A stretch of 40,936 nucleotides of DNA. Source: a virus. Taxonomy: Duplodnaviria; Caudoviricetes. Of the stretch, positions 26,567 through 35,268 are shown piece by piece. The first letter of the stretch is position 1. Every line of letters begins with the position of its first letter. The DNA lies in IMG/VR virus record IMGVR_UViG_3300037440_000439, positions 1 to 40,936 of that record; one strand, 5' to 3'. The position numbers were made by a program, and so were the translations under genes. The notes beneath the pieces are model-generated. The model worked only from the letters and a program-made list of their open reading frames with translations. It was not told the origin of the DNA and ran no database searches.

Positions 26567-26571
26567 ATTGG

Positions 26572-28095
26572 CTACTCATTTCCCTGATCCTGGTCATCAT
26601 TCTGGCCGGCCGGTTGAAAATTGGGCGTCAATTTCATGCCCTCAAATGCTTTTTTGGATTCGTCATCGGCTTCCTTGAGCATTTCCTTGGCCGATTCTTC
26701 ATCCACTTGGTTGATGGTCATAATGGCGGCCTTTTTGGATTTGAGGCCGGCATCGACCTGCATCACTTCATCGGTGATCATTTCGGTGCCATCGATCGGC
26801 AAGCCGTCGGACCATTCAAGCTCGGGCATCATGGGATCGCCTTGCAATGATTTGCCGTCGATTTTGATGTTGTATTGCTTGGCCAATACTTGGGCCTTGT
26901 ACAATACCCGCTTGATGGCGGTGTCATAATACAATTTTTTCCGGGCGACTTTGGCAATGGTTCGCATCAATTTGAATTTGAGGGCCCGGCCGGAATCGGA
27001 TTGGCCCTCACCCATGCCCAATACATCCGGTGACACTTCCCCGATCATGTAAATAAATTCGACCAATTTTTCAATTTCACTGAAAGCGTTTTCCAAGGAC
27101 GCGTCCCAAGTAATGTATGTCGGTTGGCCGGATTCGCCTTCCTCAATTTCAATCACTCCCAATGACTTTTTCTTGACCCGCCCTTTTTCATCCAATATGC
27201 CCGGCGGCACGGCCAGGATCGGGTCGGAGTGTTTGTCTAAAATGTTGTCAACCTTGCTCATGCGGTTGTTGATGGCAAAAAATAGGGAATCCAAATCATA
27301 GTAATCGGAAATGCCAAAATACAATGAGCCGGTTTTCCAATTGGGGACATGCTCCAATAAGTTGAAATTGACCTCGGTTTTTTCCAGGTTTTTCAAATCA
27401 TCGATGCCAAGCATGCCCAAATCCACTTCCTTGTCGATTTTTTCACCCTTCATCAAAAATAGTTTGTTTTCAATTTGGCCCCGGGTGTGGATTTCCTGCC
27501 GCAAGTAGTAATCCTTGCCAATTTTAATTTTCCAAGCCAAAGTTTCCACCGCCGGCCGCTCCCTGACATTGAAATTTGATACTTCGGGGAAATATATATT
27601 TGGGGTGATGTCCTCAATGATGACCGTCGATTGGTCCTGTTCAAAATCCTTTTTGCCGATCCGCAATTTGAAAATCCCGTCACCTTTGTATGAATTTGAC
27701 AAAGCCGATTCATATAGTTGGGTGTCGAGGTTGTTGGTTTTCCACAAGTTTTCCACAAATTCCTGGTCGCCCTCGGGCATGCGCACCTTCACAGGCTCCG
27801 AAAAAAGCATATCGGCCACAATTTTGGTGATCATGCCGGCGAAATTGACTTTGATATACCGCAAGTCGGCCCACCGGCGATTGAAATGTTCGTCATCGAT
27901 GGCCATGTTGAATGCGCTGAAATGTTGGCCCAAAAAAAGCTTTTCGTAGTATTCATACCCACCGATCCGGGCTTTGGATGCGTCATCGGGCCAGGCCGGT
28001 TTGGTTTTGGCCGTCAAATCAGCATCAACCTTTTCCGCTTCACTTTTTGTGGGTCCATCCATTCTGGGCTCTGTGTCGGAATAGTCATCAACCAT
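26572..28095 (-). CDS. Portal protein, SPP1 gp6-like
   Basis: VNFAGMI, HVPN...GISDY, YITWD, SGRALK; follows TerL. Confidence 0.92.
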   Translation of the reverse strand: MVDDYSDTEPRMDGPTKSEAEKVDADLTAKTKPAWPDDASKARIGGYEYYEKLFLGQHFSAFNMAIDDEHFNRRWADLRYIKVNFAGMITKIVADMLFSEPVKVRMPEGDQEFVENLWKTNNLDTQLYESALSNSYKGDGIFKLRIGKKDFEQDQSTVIIEDITPNIYFPEVSNFNVRERPAVETLAWKIKIGKDYYLRQEIHTRGQIENKLFLMKGEKIDKEVDLGMLGIDDLKNLEKTEVNFNLLEHVPNWKTGSLYFGISDYYDLDSLFFAINNRMSKVDNILDKHSDPILAVPPGILDEKGRVKKKSLGVIEIEEGESGQPTYITWDASLENAFSEIEKLVEFIYMIGEVSPDVLGMGEGQSDSGRALKFKLMRTIAKVARKKLYYDTAIKRVLYKAQVLAKQYNIKIDGKSLQGDPMMPELEWSDGLPIDGTEMITDEVMQVDAGLKSKKAAIMTINQVDEESAKEMLKEADDESKKAFEGMKLTPNFQPAGQNDDQDQGNE

Positions 28096-28101
28096 GTTTC
28101 A

Positions 28102-28110
28102 AGTATAGCA
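28102..28110 (-). promoter_or_regulatory. Extended -10 leaderless promoter of portal
   Basis: TGC-TATACT, 6 nt to ATG, no RBS. Confidence 0.55.
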
Positions 28111-28115
28111 AAAAA

Positions 28116-29681
28116 TCAAAGGGGATTTTTTTCAAACACCCGGCCGCCGCGCGGTTTGCGTCGGATCATTTGAATGGCGATCATGCCGGCAAATAACGCG
28201 TCATCGTGTTTGCCGTCGGCATGTTCCCGCTTGCCGTTGGGTTTTTTGACAAAGGTGCGCATTTCATTCAAGGTGATCGGGGAATTGATCCCCAATTCGC
28301 CTTGCTCAAATAAAATATTAAATTCGTCAATCATCACATCCCGGGTTTTCAAATTGGTATTCCACCCCAATTTTTTGGTCCGCTTCATGGTTTTTTGATC
28401 GATTTTGGTTTCAAAATAGTACCGGTCATATATTTTTGACAAAAATAGGATGGTGGTGAGCATGTTGTTTTCCACGCCGACATAGGCCCGTTGGTAAAAT
28501 TCGGCCATGTCCCGGGTGAGCTCCGACAATTCATCCGGCCGCAATTTGCCATAGTATTGGGCCACCTGCTCATATTTTTCGGTCCATACGTCAATACATG
28601 AAAAGTCGGCCCCGTCACCGTCGGATGGGTCCACGCCGATGTAGTATTTTTTGGCCGGCACCGGCAATTCCCAAAATTTGACCCGCATTTTGACCAATGA
28701 TTGCAGGGCCTTGTCCTGTTTAATTTTGTCCGGTGAGGCATGGTTGATGGCCGGATTTCGCAAGGGTATTTTGATTTTGACGGCATCCAAGCGCTCCGAA
28801 TCAAACACCGCCCCCACGCCGGATTGGAATGCTTCCGCTACGGTTGACGGATATTCCTGTTTGAATAATTGCTCCGGGCTCAAACCTTCCCCAATGATGT
28901 CGGCCTTCAATTCCTGCATTTTCCACCGGCGCCATACCAATTGGCCATCAGTCAAATCATGTTGGGTTTGCAGGTCGATTTCGGTTTTGGTTTTGTCATC
29001 GTCGGGAATTGCTCCCGGCAAGGCATAGTCGGGATTTTCAAACCAAGGGAAAAAATGGGTTTTATAATCGGTCGGGGCCAGGCTTTGTTTGTGATAGTAA
29101 CCCATGAAAAAGTCATAAAATTCATTGAAGCCGTTGCCGGTGGTTTCCTCGGTGATGCGGCCGGTTTTGGGCACCGCTTGTTTGGAGCCGGCCACCAATT
29201 CGGCCCGGTCCTTGATGTAAGCCGATTCGGACACGTGCAATCGTTGCACCGTACCGGATCGCAATTTGAGGGCCACATATATGCTTGAATCCAAGGGGAA
29301 GCCATCAAAGCGGTGGGTGAAGCGGTACATGCGAATGGTGTCGGTTTTGGTTTCCGGCTTGATTTCGTCGGGCATGTTGGTATATGCCCGTTTGACTATT
29401 TGGAAAATTTCATCGAGAGCCGCCCGCTCATGGGCAATGATGGCGCAAGCCGTACCGGGCACCCAGAGTGATTCGTCCAAAAGGTCGATGCAAGCATCGG
29501 TGGTGAAGCCGAATTGGCGGGCCTTCAAAATCGCATTGTATTGATGGCCGCCGCGTTGGGCCCAATAGCGGTATTGCATTTGGTTGGGCCGGAAGGTGAC
29601 TAATTCGCCCGCTTTATTCTTGATTTTGTATAGGTGGTGCATCCTCCACCACTTGTCCTTGAGCCTTTGATCCAATTTCAT
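28116..29681 (-). CDS. terL: Terminase large subunit
   Basis: Walker A ILKARQFGFTT, Walker B LHVSESA, ETTGNG, nuclease IGVD and HDDALFA; start re-called at MKLDQ. Confidence 0.96.
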   Translation of the reverse strand: MKLDQRLKDKWWRMHHLYKIKNKAGELVTFRPNQMQYRYWAQRGGHQYNAILKARQFGFTTDACIDLLDESLWVPGTACAIIAHERAALDEIFQIVKRAYTNMPDEIKPETKTDTIRMYRFTHRFDGFPLDSSIYVALKLRSGTVQRLHVSESAYIKDRAELVAGSKQAVPKTGRITEETTGNGFNEFYDFFMGYYHKQSLAPTDYKTHFFPWFENPDYALPGAIPDDDKTKTEIDLQTQHDLTDGQLVWRRWKMQELKADIIGEGLSPEQLFKQEYPSTVAEAFQSGVGAVFDSERLDAVKIKIPLRNPAINHASPDKIKQDKALQSLVKMRVKFWELPVPAKKYYIGVDPSDGDGADFSCIDVWTEKYEQVAQYYGKLRPDELSELTRDMAEFYQRAYVGVENNMLTTILFLSKIYDRYYFETKIDQKTMKRTKKLGWNTNLKTRDVMIDEFNILFEQGELGINSPITLNEMRTFVKKPNGKREHADGKHDDALFAGMIAIQMIRRKPRGGRVFEKNPL

Positions 29682-30060
29682 CGTATTTTGATTGTAAGGC
29701 ATCCAATACGTCGCCCACCTGTTCATCATCGATGCGGTGCTCGACCGTTTGTTCATCCTTGACACCTAGCAATTTTGCCTTTTCCCGGTGCATGCGCCAA
29801 TCATCATGGCCTGATTTTTCCATGCCTTCGATGGATTTGGCCAGGGCGGTTTTGATGGCCTGCCGGGCCAATGGGTGCCTTTTCCACCGCATGATCGTGT
29901 GGCGCGATACCCCCAAAGCTTGGGCCAGGATCGACCAATTTTCAATGTTTGATTCCCCGATCGCTTTCAAAAATTCCTCAAATTCCTCGGTATTGTATGG
30001 GTCCTTGGGCGGGTCCATTGATTTCGATTTCGGTGCATTTGTTGCGTTGGCCTCAGTCAT
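29614..30060 (-). CDS. terS: Terminase small subunit (HTH)
   Basis: LAQALGVSRHTIMRW helix-turn-helix; overlaps the terL start; TATAAT 6 nt upstream of the ATG. Confidence 0.7.
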   Translation of the reverse strand: MTEANATNAPKSKSMDPPKDPYNTEEFEEFLKAIGESNIENWSILAQALGVSRHTIMRWKRHPLARQAIKTALAKSIEGMEKSGHDDWRMHREKAKLLGVKDEQTVEHRIDDEQVGDVLDALQSKYDEIGSKAQGQVVEDAPPIQNQE

Positions 30061-30078
30061 ACTACAATTATACACAAT

Positions 30079-30288
30079 TTAATTGACGCCGTATTTTACC
30101 TGATAGCAATGTTCATGCACCACGCCCCTGGCCCACACATCAACGTCATAGGGCGATAGCGTCACCGATCGGCCGTCATTCAAACCTTCCAAATATGCTT
30201 CATCGACAATATATCGAAATCCATCATCCGGCCCGACCATCCGATGACAATGCAAGCAAATCCAAAAAGTGTCCACCAATTCCGCCAT
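30079..30288 (-). CDS. Small Cys/His metal-binding protein
   Basis: CLHC...VHEHCY; GAGG RBS. Confidence 0.6.
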   Translation of the reverse strand: MAELVDTFWICLHCHRMVGPDDGFRYIVDEAYLEGLNDGRSVTLSPYDVDVWARGVVHEHCYQVKYGVN

Positions 30289-30289
30289 G

Positions 30290-30847
30290 CTACATCCTCA
30301 AGCGGTTCAAATGCAATAAATAATCCCGAAACGGCCGCAAGTGCCGGGATTTGACAAAATGATAGGGGATTTCCTGGCCGGAGCGGCTGTTGAGGATTGC
30401 CGCTTCGCTTTGGTCCCAAAAATCATCGGCCTCAATAATGCCGTATATATGGGCACCGGTCCAATCCGGCTCGACGTAAGTGAATACATAGTGGCTTTCC
30501 TGTTTGACTTGGTGATGGTCGAATACCAACATGGTTTGATTGTAAAAGTATTCCGGTGAGTAGGTTTTGCGGTGGCTTTTGATTTCCAAAAAATCGTCCT
30601 CATATTGAATGTCGAAGGGGTCGCCGCCGTGGTATTTTTCCCGCAAAGTGCTGACATGTTCGAGGCCCAAATCGGCAATATATTGTTCGACTGCCAAATG
30701 GCCCAAAAAGCCGGTGACGTTTTTGGTGTTTGATAGGTTGACGGTGTTCTGGCCGTCATTTTTGATGTCCGAATATTCCGCCCATTGGTAAGCTTCACTG
30801 ACCTGCCCTTCTGTAAAGCTTAGGCGGATGACGTCATTTTCGCGCAC
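30290..30847 (-). CDS. Restriction-endonuclease-fold (PD-(D/E)xK-like) protein
   Basis: GFLGHLAV...GDPFDI....FLEIKS pattern. Confidence 0.55.
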   Translation of the reverse strand: MRENDVIRLSFTEGQVSEAYQWAEYSDIKNDGQNTVNLSNTKNVTGFLGHLAVEQYIADLGLEHVSTLREKYHGGDPFDIQYEDDFLEIKSHRKTYSPEYFYNQTMLVFDHHQVKQESHYVFTYVEPDWTGAHIYGIIEADDFWDQSEAAILNSRSGQEIPYHFVKSRHLRPFRDYLLHLNRLRM

Positions 30848-30995
30848 CCGCTTTGTTGCGGGCGAAAGCTTGCTTGCGTTTCACTCGGCACGGTTTGCAC
30901 CGTTTTGGCGGTACAAAGCCACGCTCGAAAAAAAACTCTTGCTCGCCGGTGGTCCACAAAAACTCATTGCCGCAATCGGTGCAGGTCAAATACAC
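30834..30995 (-). CDS. zf-trcl-type zinc-ribbon protein (not in ORF track)
   Basis: Manual translation: VYLTCTDCGNEFLWTTGEQEFFFERGFVPPKRCKPCRVKRK...; start uncertain. Confidence 0.8.
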   Translation of the reverse strand: MYLTCTDCGNEFLWTTGEQEFFFERGFVPPKRCKPCRVKRKQAFARNKAGARK

Positions 30996-31036
30996 GTCAT
31001 GATTTTTTGGCTCCTCCGGCTCTGGCTGTCCGGGTA

Positions 31037-31405
31037 TTATTGCCCCCCGTAATTACTAATTGATATTTCCACGCTCCAGTCATCACGATTGGGGTGTTTT
31101 TCGTATGATCCCCGCATCACCAATTCGTCATCGGTGAGGATGCCCACGTGTTGCAACACATCCAAAATTGAGGTGTGCAAATTGTCACCATCCACCCGGT
31201 ATTTGCCCTTGATGTATAGGTCGGTGTGGACGGACACTTGGCCGGTGAAGCGCTTGAGTTTGGCGTGTTGCATCAATTGATAGGTGGCTTCACTCAAAAA
31301 ATTTTCATAGCGCGCGGACGGGACCAGGAATTTTTTGCCGCCGCGTTTGATCCATCGCCGGGAATTTTTTTTGCTAATCGGCCGCAATTGCAAAATGTAT
31401 TTCAT
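31037..31405 (-). CDS. rusA: RusA-like Holliday junction resolvase
   Basis: SKKN, RVDGDNL...ILDVL...GILTDD. Confidence 0.85.
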   Translation of the reverse strand: MKYILQLRPISKKNSRRWIKRGGKKFLVPSARYENFLSEATYQLMQHAKLKRFTGQVSVHTDLYIKGKYRVDGDNLHTSILDVLQHVGILTDDELVMRGSYEKHPNRDDWSVEISISNYGGQ

Positions 31406-31569
31406 ATATAGTCAATCGGAGTATTTAATATTGGCGGGCATTGCTCCAAAATGAAGCGGTTTTGAGTTTCGGTGCGTCGATTCAATTCGCCGATGATCAC
31501 ATTTTGTATGATCCCGATGCCCACCAAAAAGGATACGGCAAAAATAATAAACCAATCGTAATTATTCAT
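31402..31569 (-). CDS. Small single-TM protein
   Basis: MNNYDWFIIFAVSFLVGIGII; ATGA overlap with rusA. Confidence 0.55.
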   Translation of the reverse strand: MNNYDWFIIFAVSFLVGIGIIQNVIIGELNRRTETQNRFILEQCPPILNTPIDYI

Positions 31570-31638
31570 GTGACATGAAAAAAAACTCAAACCACACCCG
31601 CAAAGATTGCCGGATGGCCTGCCACAAGGATTTTTGCC

Positions 31639-31851
31639 TCATGCTTCACCCCTATTTTCTAAATAATATGCAAGTAAATTGCCGCCGTCATCACTCATGG
31701 CGATTTGGGCCAGGGCCCGCAATTCATGCGATCCCCACCCGGTTTCCCGGCTCAATGCGTCGATCGCGTCGGAATTGGAAATACCTATGCGCTCCAATTG
31801 TCGGCGGGCCTCATCCGGGTCCAAATGCCGGTCCAAATGTTCAAGTCCCAT
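31639..31851 (-). CDS. Hypothetical protein
   Basis: Start re-called at MGLEHLD, overlapping the end of 31841..32035. Confidence 0.55.
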   Translation of the reverse strand: MGLEHLDRHLDPDEARRQLERIGISNSDAIDALSRETGWGSHELRALAQIAMSDDGGNLLAYYLENRGEA

Positions 31852-32035
31852 CGGTTTTTTCCTCAAGGTCGGATTCGGTTGGTTGATAGTCTGGCTCAAG
31901 CTCCACAAAACCATCCCGCTTGCCAATGGCGTTTTCGATTTCCCTGGCCGTGGGTCGCCGCCGGCCAAATACGTCACTTTCATTGGATTGGTCCTTGTAG
32001 GTTTCCTTGAGCCGCCGGTGAAATTCGGGGCCCAT
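31841..32035 (-). CDS. Hypothetical protein (leaderless)
   Basis: TTGACC-N18-TATCAT (32042..32071), 6 nt to ATG. Confidence 0.55.
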   Translation of the reverse strand: MGPEFHRRLKETYKDQSNESDVFGRRRPTAREIENAIGKRDGFVELEPDYQPTESDLEEKTDGT

Positions 32036-32067
32036 ATATACATGATATGCTTTTGCTCATTTGCCGG

Positions 32068-32349
32068 TCAATACTTTTTGATGAGGTTGAGGATGTCGTC
32101 GATTGCTTCGTCGTAACCTACTGCCCTAGCTATTTCTGGCAACCACAGTTTCCATTTTTCTCGTTCCCCTTTTCGCATCCCCTCCACCTCCCTCTCTAGT
32201 TGGGTGAGGAGGTCGGAAATGAAGTGTTTAACTTGTTCTCCTGCCTCAGTTTCAGTCAGATTTTTAGCGGGGGTATCCATCATCGTCCTCCAAAACTCAT
32301 CAAACCTTTTTTGCCAGTCTATTACGTCTTTTAACATAGGGGGTTTCAT
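32068..32349 (-). CDS. Hypothetical protein
   Basis: 93 aa, ATGA-coupled; ends GYDEAIDDILNLI. Confidence 0.65.
   Translation of the reverse strand: MKPPMLKDVIDWQKRFDEFWRTMMDTPAKNLTETEAGEQVKHFISDLLTQLEREVEGMRKGEREKWKLWLPEIARAVGYDEAIDDILNLIKKY
32321..32345. repeat. 25-bp direct repeat, copy 1
   Basis: ATTACGTCTTTTAACATAGGGGGTT, also at 32875..32899. Confidence 0.95.
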
Positions 32350-32525
32350 TTTTCTTCCTTTGGAAATAAGCCTTTAATTGCATCAATCATTTCGTCAAAC
32401 TCCTGTTGAGTGGCGTATTTACTTTTTCGAAAGTAAATGACTGGGTACGCTGATTTTTCACCATAAATACCCAAGTATTCGTTTTTACGCCCTAACTTGC
32501 TAAAGAATATCCTAATCGGTTTCAT
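32346..32525 (-). CDS. 59-aa hypothetical protein (not in ORF track)
   Basis: Manual translation MKPIRIFFSKLGRKNEYLGIY...GLFPKEEK; fills the gap exactly. Confidence 0.7.
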   Translation of the reverse strand: MKPIRIFFSKLGRKNEYLGIYGEKSAYPVIYFRKSKYATQQEFDEMIDAIKGLFPKEEK

Positions 32526-32777
32526 TTATTTACCAACATACTGTTCTTTATAAAATAAAGTCATAGACACAACTTGTTTAACGATTTGCCTAATCTCTGG
32601 CTTGAGTTTTTCATATTCATAAGAGCCAGCGTGTTTCTTATGAAAGAGGTCTTGTACCATTGAGTTTATCGTTGAGAACTCTGTCCATTGGGACTGGGTG
32701 AATATGCCACCAATCACGTGCTTCCTGCCCATCATTACATCAACCCACTCGTCATATAAATACTCGTCTTTGGTCAT
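32526..32777 (-). CDS. Hypothetical protein
   Basis: AGGAGG RBS, 83 aa. Confidence 0.7.
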   Translation of the reverse strand: MTKDEYLYDEWVDVMMGRKHVIGGIFTQSQWTEFSTINSMVQDLFHKKHAGSYEYEKLKPEIRQIVKQVVSMTLFYKEQYVGK

Positions 32778-32795
32778 ACTTCCTCCTATTTATTG

Positions 32796-33044
32796 CTAAT
32801 TACCTTTACCAATAACTTTACTAATCCTCCAGTTCATTACAAACTCCTCCTCAAATTCTCTATCAAGCTGGTCCATTACGTCTTTTAACATAGGGGGTTG
32901 TTGTCCTCTGGTAGCCATACCAACAATAACTGAAAATAGGTTTTCGGCCACGTTTTTCCATTCCCGCATAGGTTTGTCGTCGTCGCCAATCAATATATGC
33001 CTCATTTCGTTGATTTCCTCAAAATCGAATGGTTTTTTACTCAT
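32796..33044 (-). CDS. Hypothetical protein, possibly chimeric
   Basis: Carries internally the PPMLKDV peptide that begins 32068..32349. Confidence 0.6.
   Translation of the reverse strand: MSKKPFDFEEINEMRHILIGDDDKPMREWKNVAENLFSVIVGMATRGQQPPMLKDVMDQLDREFEEEFVMNWRISKVIGKGN
32875..32899. repeat. 25-bp direct repeat, copy 2
   Basis: Identical to 32321..32345. Confidence 0.95.
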
Positions 33045-33598
33045 ACTGCAAACCTTTCATATAATTTATTTTCGATTAAATAATTGTTCATGTCGGAAGC
33101 ATAGGACAAAATCCAATTGTGGGCAGTTTTCAATAATTCATCGGTCAACCAAATCAGGCTCATGTCGGTTTTTTTTGAATATTGATCATAGTGGTAAATA
33201 ATGGCTCGATCGGCATACATGCCGGAAAAAGTAGCCAAAACACCGTATATACCCGGTTGCATGCTTCCCGCGTATACCTCACTTGATGTTTTCCCGGTTT
33301 TCCAATCGTAAATCACCGGTTTGTCATACAAATCAATTACCCCGACCAAATCCAACCACGGCTCAAGCTCGACCACCTTTTTGATTTCGGCCTTTGGATG
33401 GTGGAGCGCTCCGGCGCCAAACACCGCCGGTAGTGTTTTGGTGTCATTGATGTGGTTTTCCCACTTTTCGTGCCATATTTTGCCATCGGCCATCGCCGGG
33501 GTAACAAATTTTTCCAGTTTGAAATAGGTTTTGATGGCTCGATCCCAATTGCCCGAGGCCCATTGATTCAAAACCGTATAAGATGCCCGGAATTTCAT
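33041..33598 (-). CDS. PD-(D/E)xK exonuclease (RecB/Cas4-like), likely recombinase partner
   Basis: SYT.L..W, G..WH, LVGVIDL...IYDWKTG, Q..IY; GGAGG RBS before MKFRASY. Confidence 0.8.
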   Translation of the reverse strand: MKFRASYTVLNQWASGNWDRAIKTYFKLEKFVTPAMADGKIWHEKWENHINDTKTLPAVFGAGALHHPKAEIKKVVELEPWLDLVGVIDLYDKPVIYDWKTGKTSSEVYAGSMQPGIYGVLATFSGMYADRAIIYHYDQYSKKTDMSLIWLTDELLKTAHNWILSYASDMNNYLIENKLYERFAV

Positions 33599-34005
33599 TT
33601 TTTCCTCCCGATGTGAATTTTTTTGGAGCGCTCGACTTCTTTGATCCCGGCCGGCATCCCCTTGTGGGTTTCGGTCCATTCGTCCACGGCCTTGGTGTTG
33701 ACCGAGTAGCGCTTGCTGATTTTGTATAATTCCGGGTCAAGCTGATCGACCATTTTTTCATCGACATAATACCGGGGGCCATATGCCCGGTAGGTGATTT
33801 TGATTTTGTCGCCTTGAATTGATGAAAAATTCGGATCGAGTTTCAAACCGGCGGCCTCGACCTTGGCTTTGGCATCCTCAACGGCTCGATCCACCTGATC
33901 CTGAATGTCCAACAATTGCTCCAAAACGTCCTCACCGGCCGGGGTCAAAAAAATGTCATCGGCCTTTTTGGTCAAGCTTTTGAGCTTTTCAATGTCAATG
34001 TTCAT
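33595..34005 (-). CDS. Hypothetical recombination-module protein (gp157/Gam-like)
   Basis: Coiled-coil N-half, ...GMPAGIKEVE...I.I C-terminal pattern. Confidence 0.55.
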   Translation of the reverse strand: MNIDIEKLKSLTKKADDIFLTPAGEDVLEQLLDIQDQVDRAVEDAKAKVEAAGLKLDPNFSSIQGDKIKITYRAYGPRYYVDEKMVDQLDPELYKISKRYSVNTKAVDEWTETHKGMPAGIKEVERSKKIHIGRKK

Positions 34006-34195
34006 TTTTCACCTCACAGGTGCATGCGGTCAAAATTTCCCCACATTGCTCACATTGTTGATGGTCGCACCGGTAGCATTCCGAATAATAGGTGTCGGCA
34101 CCGCAAATTCGGCACATGCCGGTGTAGCCGGGACCGTCAAAGTTTTCCGGATGGCCCCGGCGTTCAATTTCCTGGTCGTAATTATTTACTGGCAT
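33995..34195 (-). CDS. Small Cys-rich protein
   Basis: CRICG...CYRC...CEQCG...CTC. Confidence 0.6.
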   Translation of the reverse strand: MPVNNYDQEIERRGHPENFDGPGYTGMCRICGADTYYSECYRCDHQQCEQCGEILTACTCEVKNEH

Positions 34196-35000
34196 TTTGA
34201 CCCTCCAAATCCGCCCGTAATTGCTCCACCTTGGTATTGGTAGTGGGCTTGACCGTTTTGACCCGTTTTTGGGGCTCCTCGGTGCTCAGCTTGGCCTTTT
34301 TCGCCGGTGTAGTACCACCCGATTTGGGTTTTTCAAGCTTGGTAGGTTTGGGCAGGTCGGCCAATGGGTCCTTGGCCTGGGTCATTTCCTCATCGGCATA
34401 TATACCGGAAAGCTCATTGGGAAATGCTTTGCGCAATGCCAGCGCTTCCGCGCATTTGCCCAACATCAAATAGGGCATTTTGGTCCACAAACCCATCGGC
34501 TTGCCCTTTTTGTCCTTTTGGATATACTCCGACCATCGGGCCGATGCCGCAAATGACACCCGGGTGCCGCCGATTTGCTTGTAAACCGCGACGCTGGCTT
34601 TGGTCGGGTGTTCATCGGCTTCATCCTTGGGCATATATTCGACATCATCCTGGCCGGCATATTTGCCGGACCGTTGAGCCACCAAACGCATGCCGTCGAT
34701 GCCGGTTTGGATGGTCATGACTTCCTTGCCTTGGCGGCTATCCCACCGGTACACCGCATATATTTGTTTGGTCAACGGATCGAGGCCGGTGCGCTTGCAG
34801 GTGTACAAAAACAACAACAAATCCTCATCAGGCCGGGGATTGCCCTGCCGATCCACTCCAAGGACCTGGGTTTTGATCAGGTCCACGTACACCTTGGGGC
34901 TTTGCCCTTCCGGTACTAATGATAATAACCGGGCATTTTTGCCCTTTTTGATTGCCTGCACCGCTTGGGTGGCGGTGCTCACCTTTTGGGATTTGTTCAT
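34182..35000 (-). CDS. bet: Bet/RecT-family ssDNA-annealing recombinase
   Basis: CKRTGLDPLTKQIY, GIDGMRLVAQRSG, W.KMP..ML.KCAEALALRKAFP..LSGIY..EEM. Confidence 0.95.
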   Translation of the reverse strand: MNKSQKVSTATQAVQAIKKGKNARLLSLVPEGQSPKVYVDLIKTQVLGVDRQGNPRPDEDLLLFLYTCKRTGLDPLTKQIYAVYRWDSRQGKEVMTIQTGIDGMRLVAQRSGKYAGQDDVEYMPKDEADEHPTKASVAVYKQIGGTRVSFAASARWSEYIQKDKKGKPMGLWTKMPYLMLGKCAEALALRKAFPNELSGIYADEEMTQAKDPLADLPKPTKLEKPKSGGTTPAKKAKLSTEEPQKRVKTVKPTTNTKVEQLRADLEGQNASK

Positions 35001-35040
35001 TTGGTATTCCCCTTTTTGCCCGGGGCGCCGGACTTAATTT

Positions 35041-35232
35041 TTAGATGCGATCCGCTTGCCTCAAAATCCAATATATATGAGTGCGATGGTAGTGTTTGCC
35101 GGTTTGCGGGTTGCGGTAGCGCTTGGCGATGATCGGCACCGGGATGCCGGCATTGTAATCCTGAATAACTTGCATCCAAAATTGCTTGATGCGCTTTTCG
35201 CGGATGGTTTCTTTGGGTTTTTCGACTTTCAT
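35041..35232 (-). CDS. Small basic HTH-like DNA-binding protein, candidate regulator
   Basis: YNAGIPVPIIAKRY...HRTHIYWIL; consensus promoter 7 nt upstream. Confidence 0.65.
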   Translation of the reverse strand: MKVEKPKETIREKRIKQFWMQVIQDYNAGIPVPIIAKRYRNPQTGKHYHRTHIYWILRQADRI

Positions 35233-35239
35233 TATTATG

Positions 35240-35268
35240 ATTGTAGTGTATTTGTAGTATGGTGTCAA
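35240..35268 (-). promoter_or_regulatory. Leaderless sigma70 promoter with tandem TGTAGT(A/G)T boxes
   Basis: TTGACA-N17-TACAAT, 7 nt to ATG; boxes at 35242 and 35253. Confidence 0.75.

Noticed and set aside
31639-32043. 134-aa ORF as called in the track
   Set aside because: The N-terminal half overlaps 31841..32035 and looks non-coding in this frame; two coupled shorter genes fit better.
33041-33598. Cas4 / CRISPR-associated gene
   Set aside because: No Fe-S cysteine cluster and no array or other cas genes; context next to Bet suggests a recombination exonuclease.
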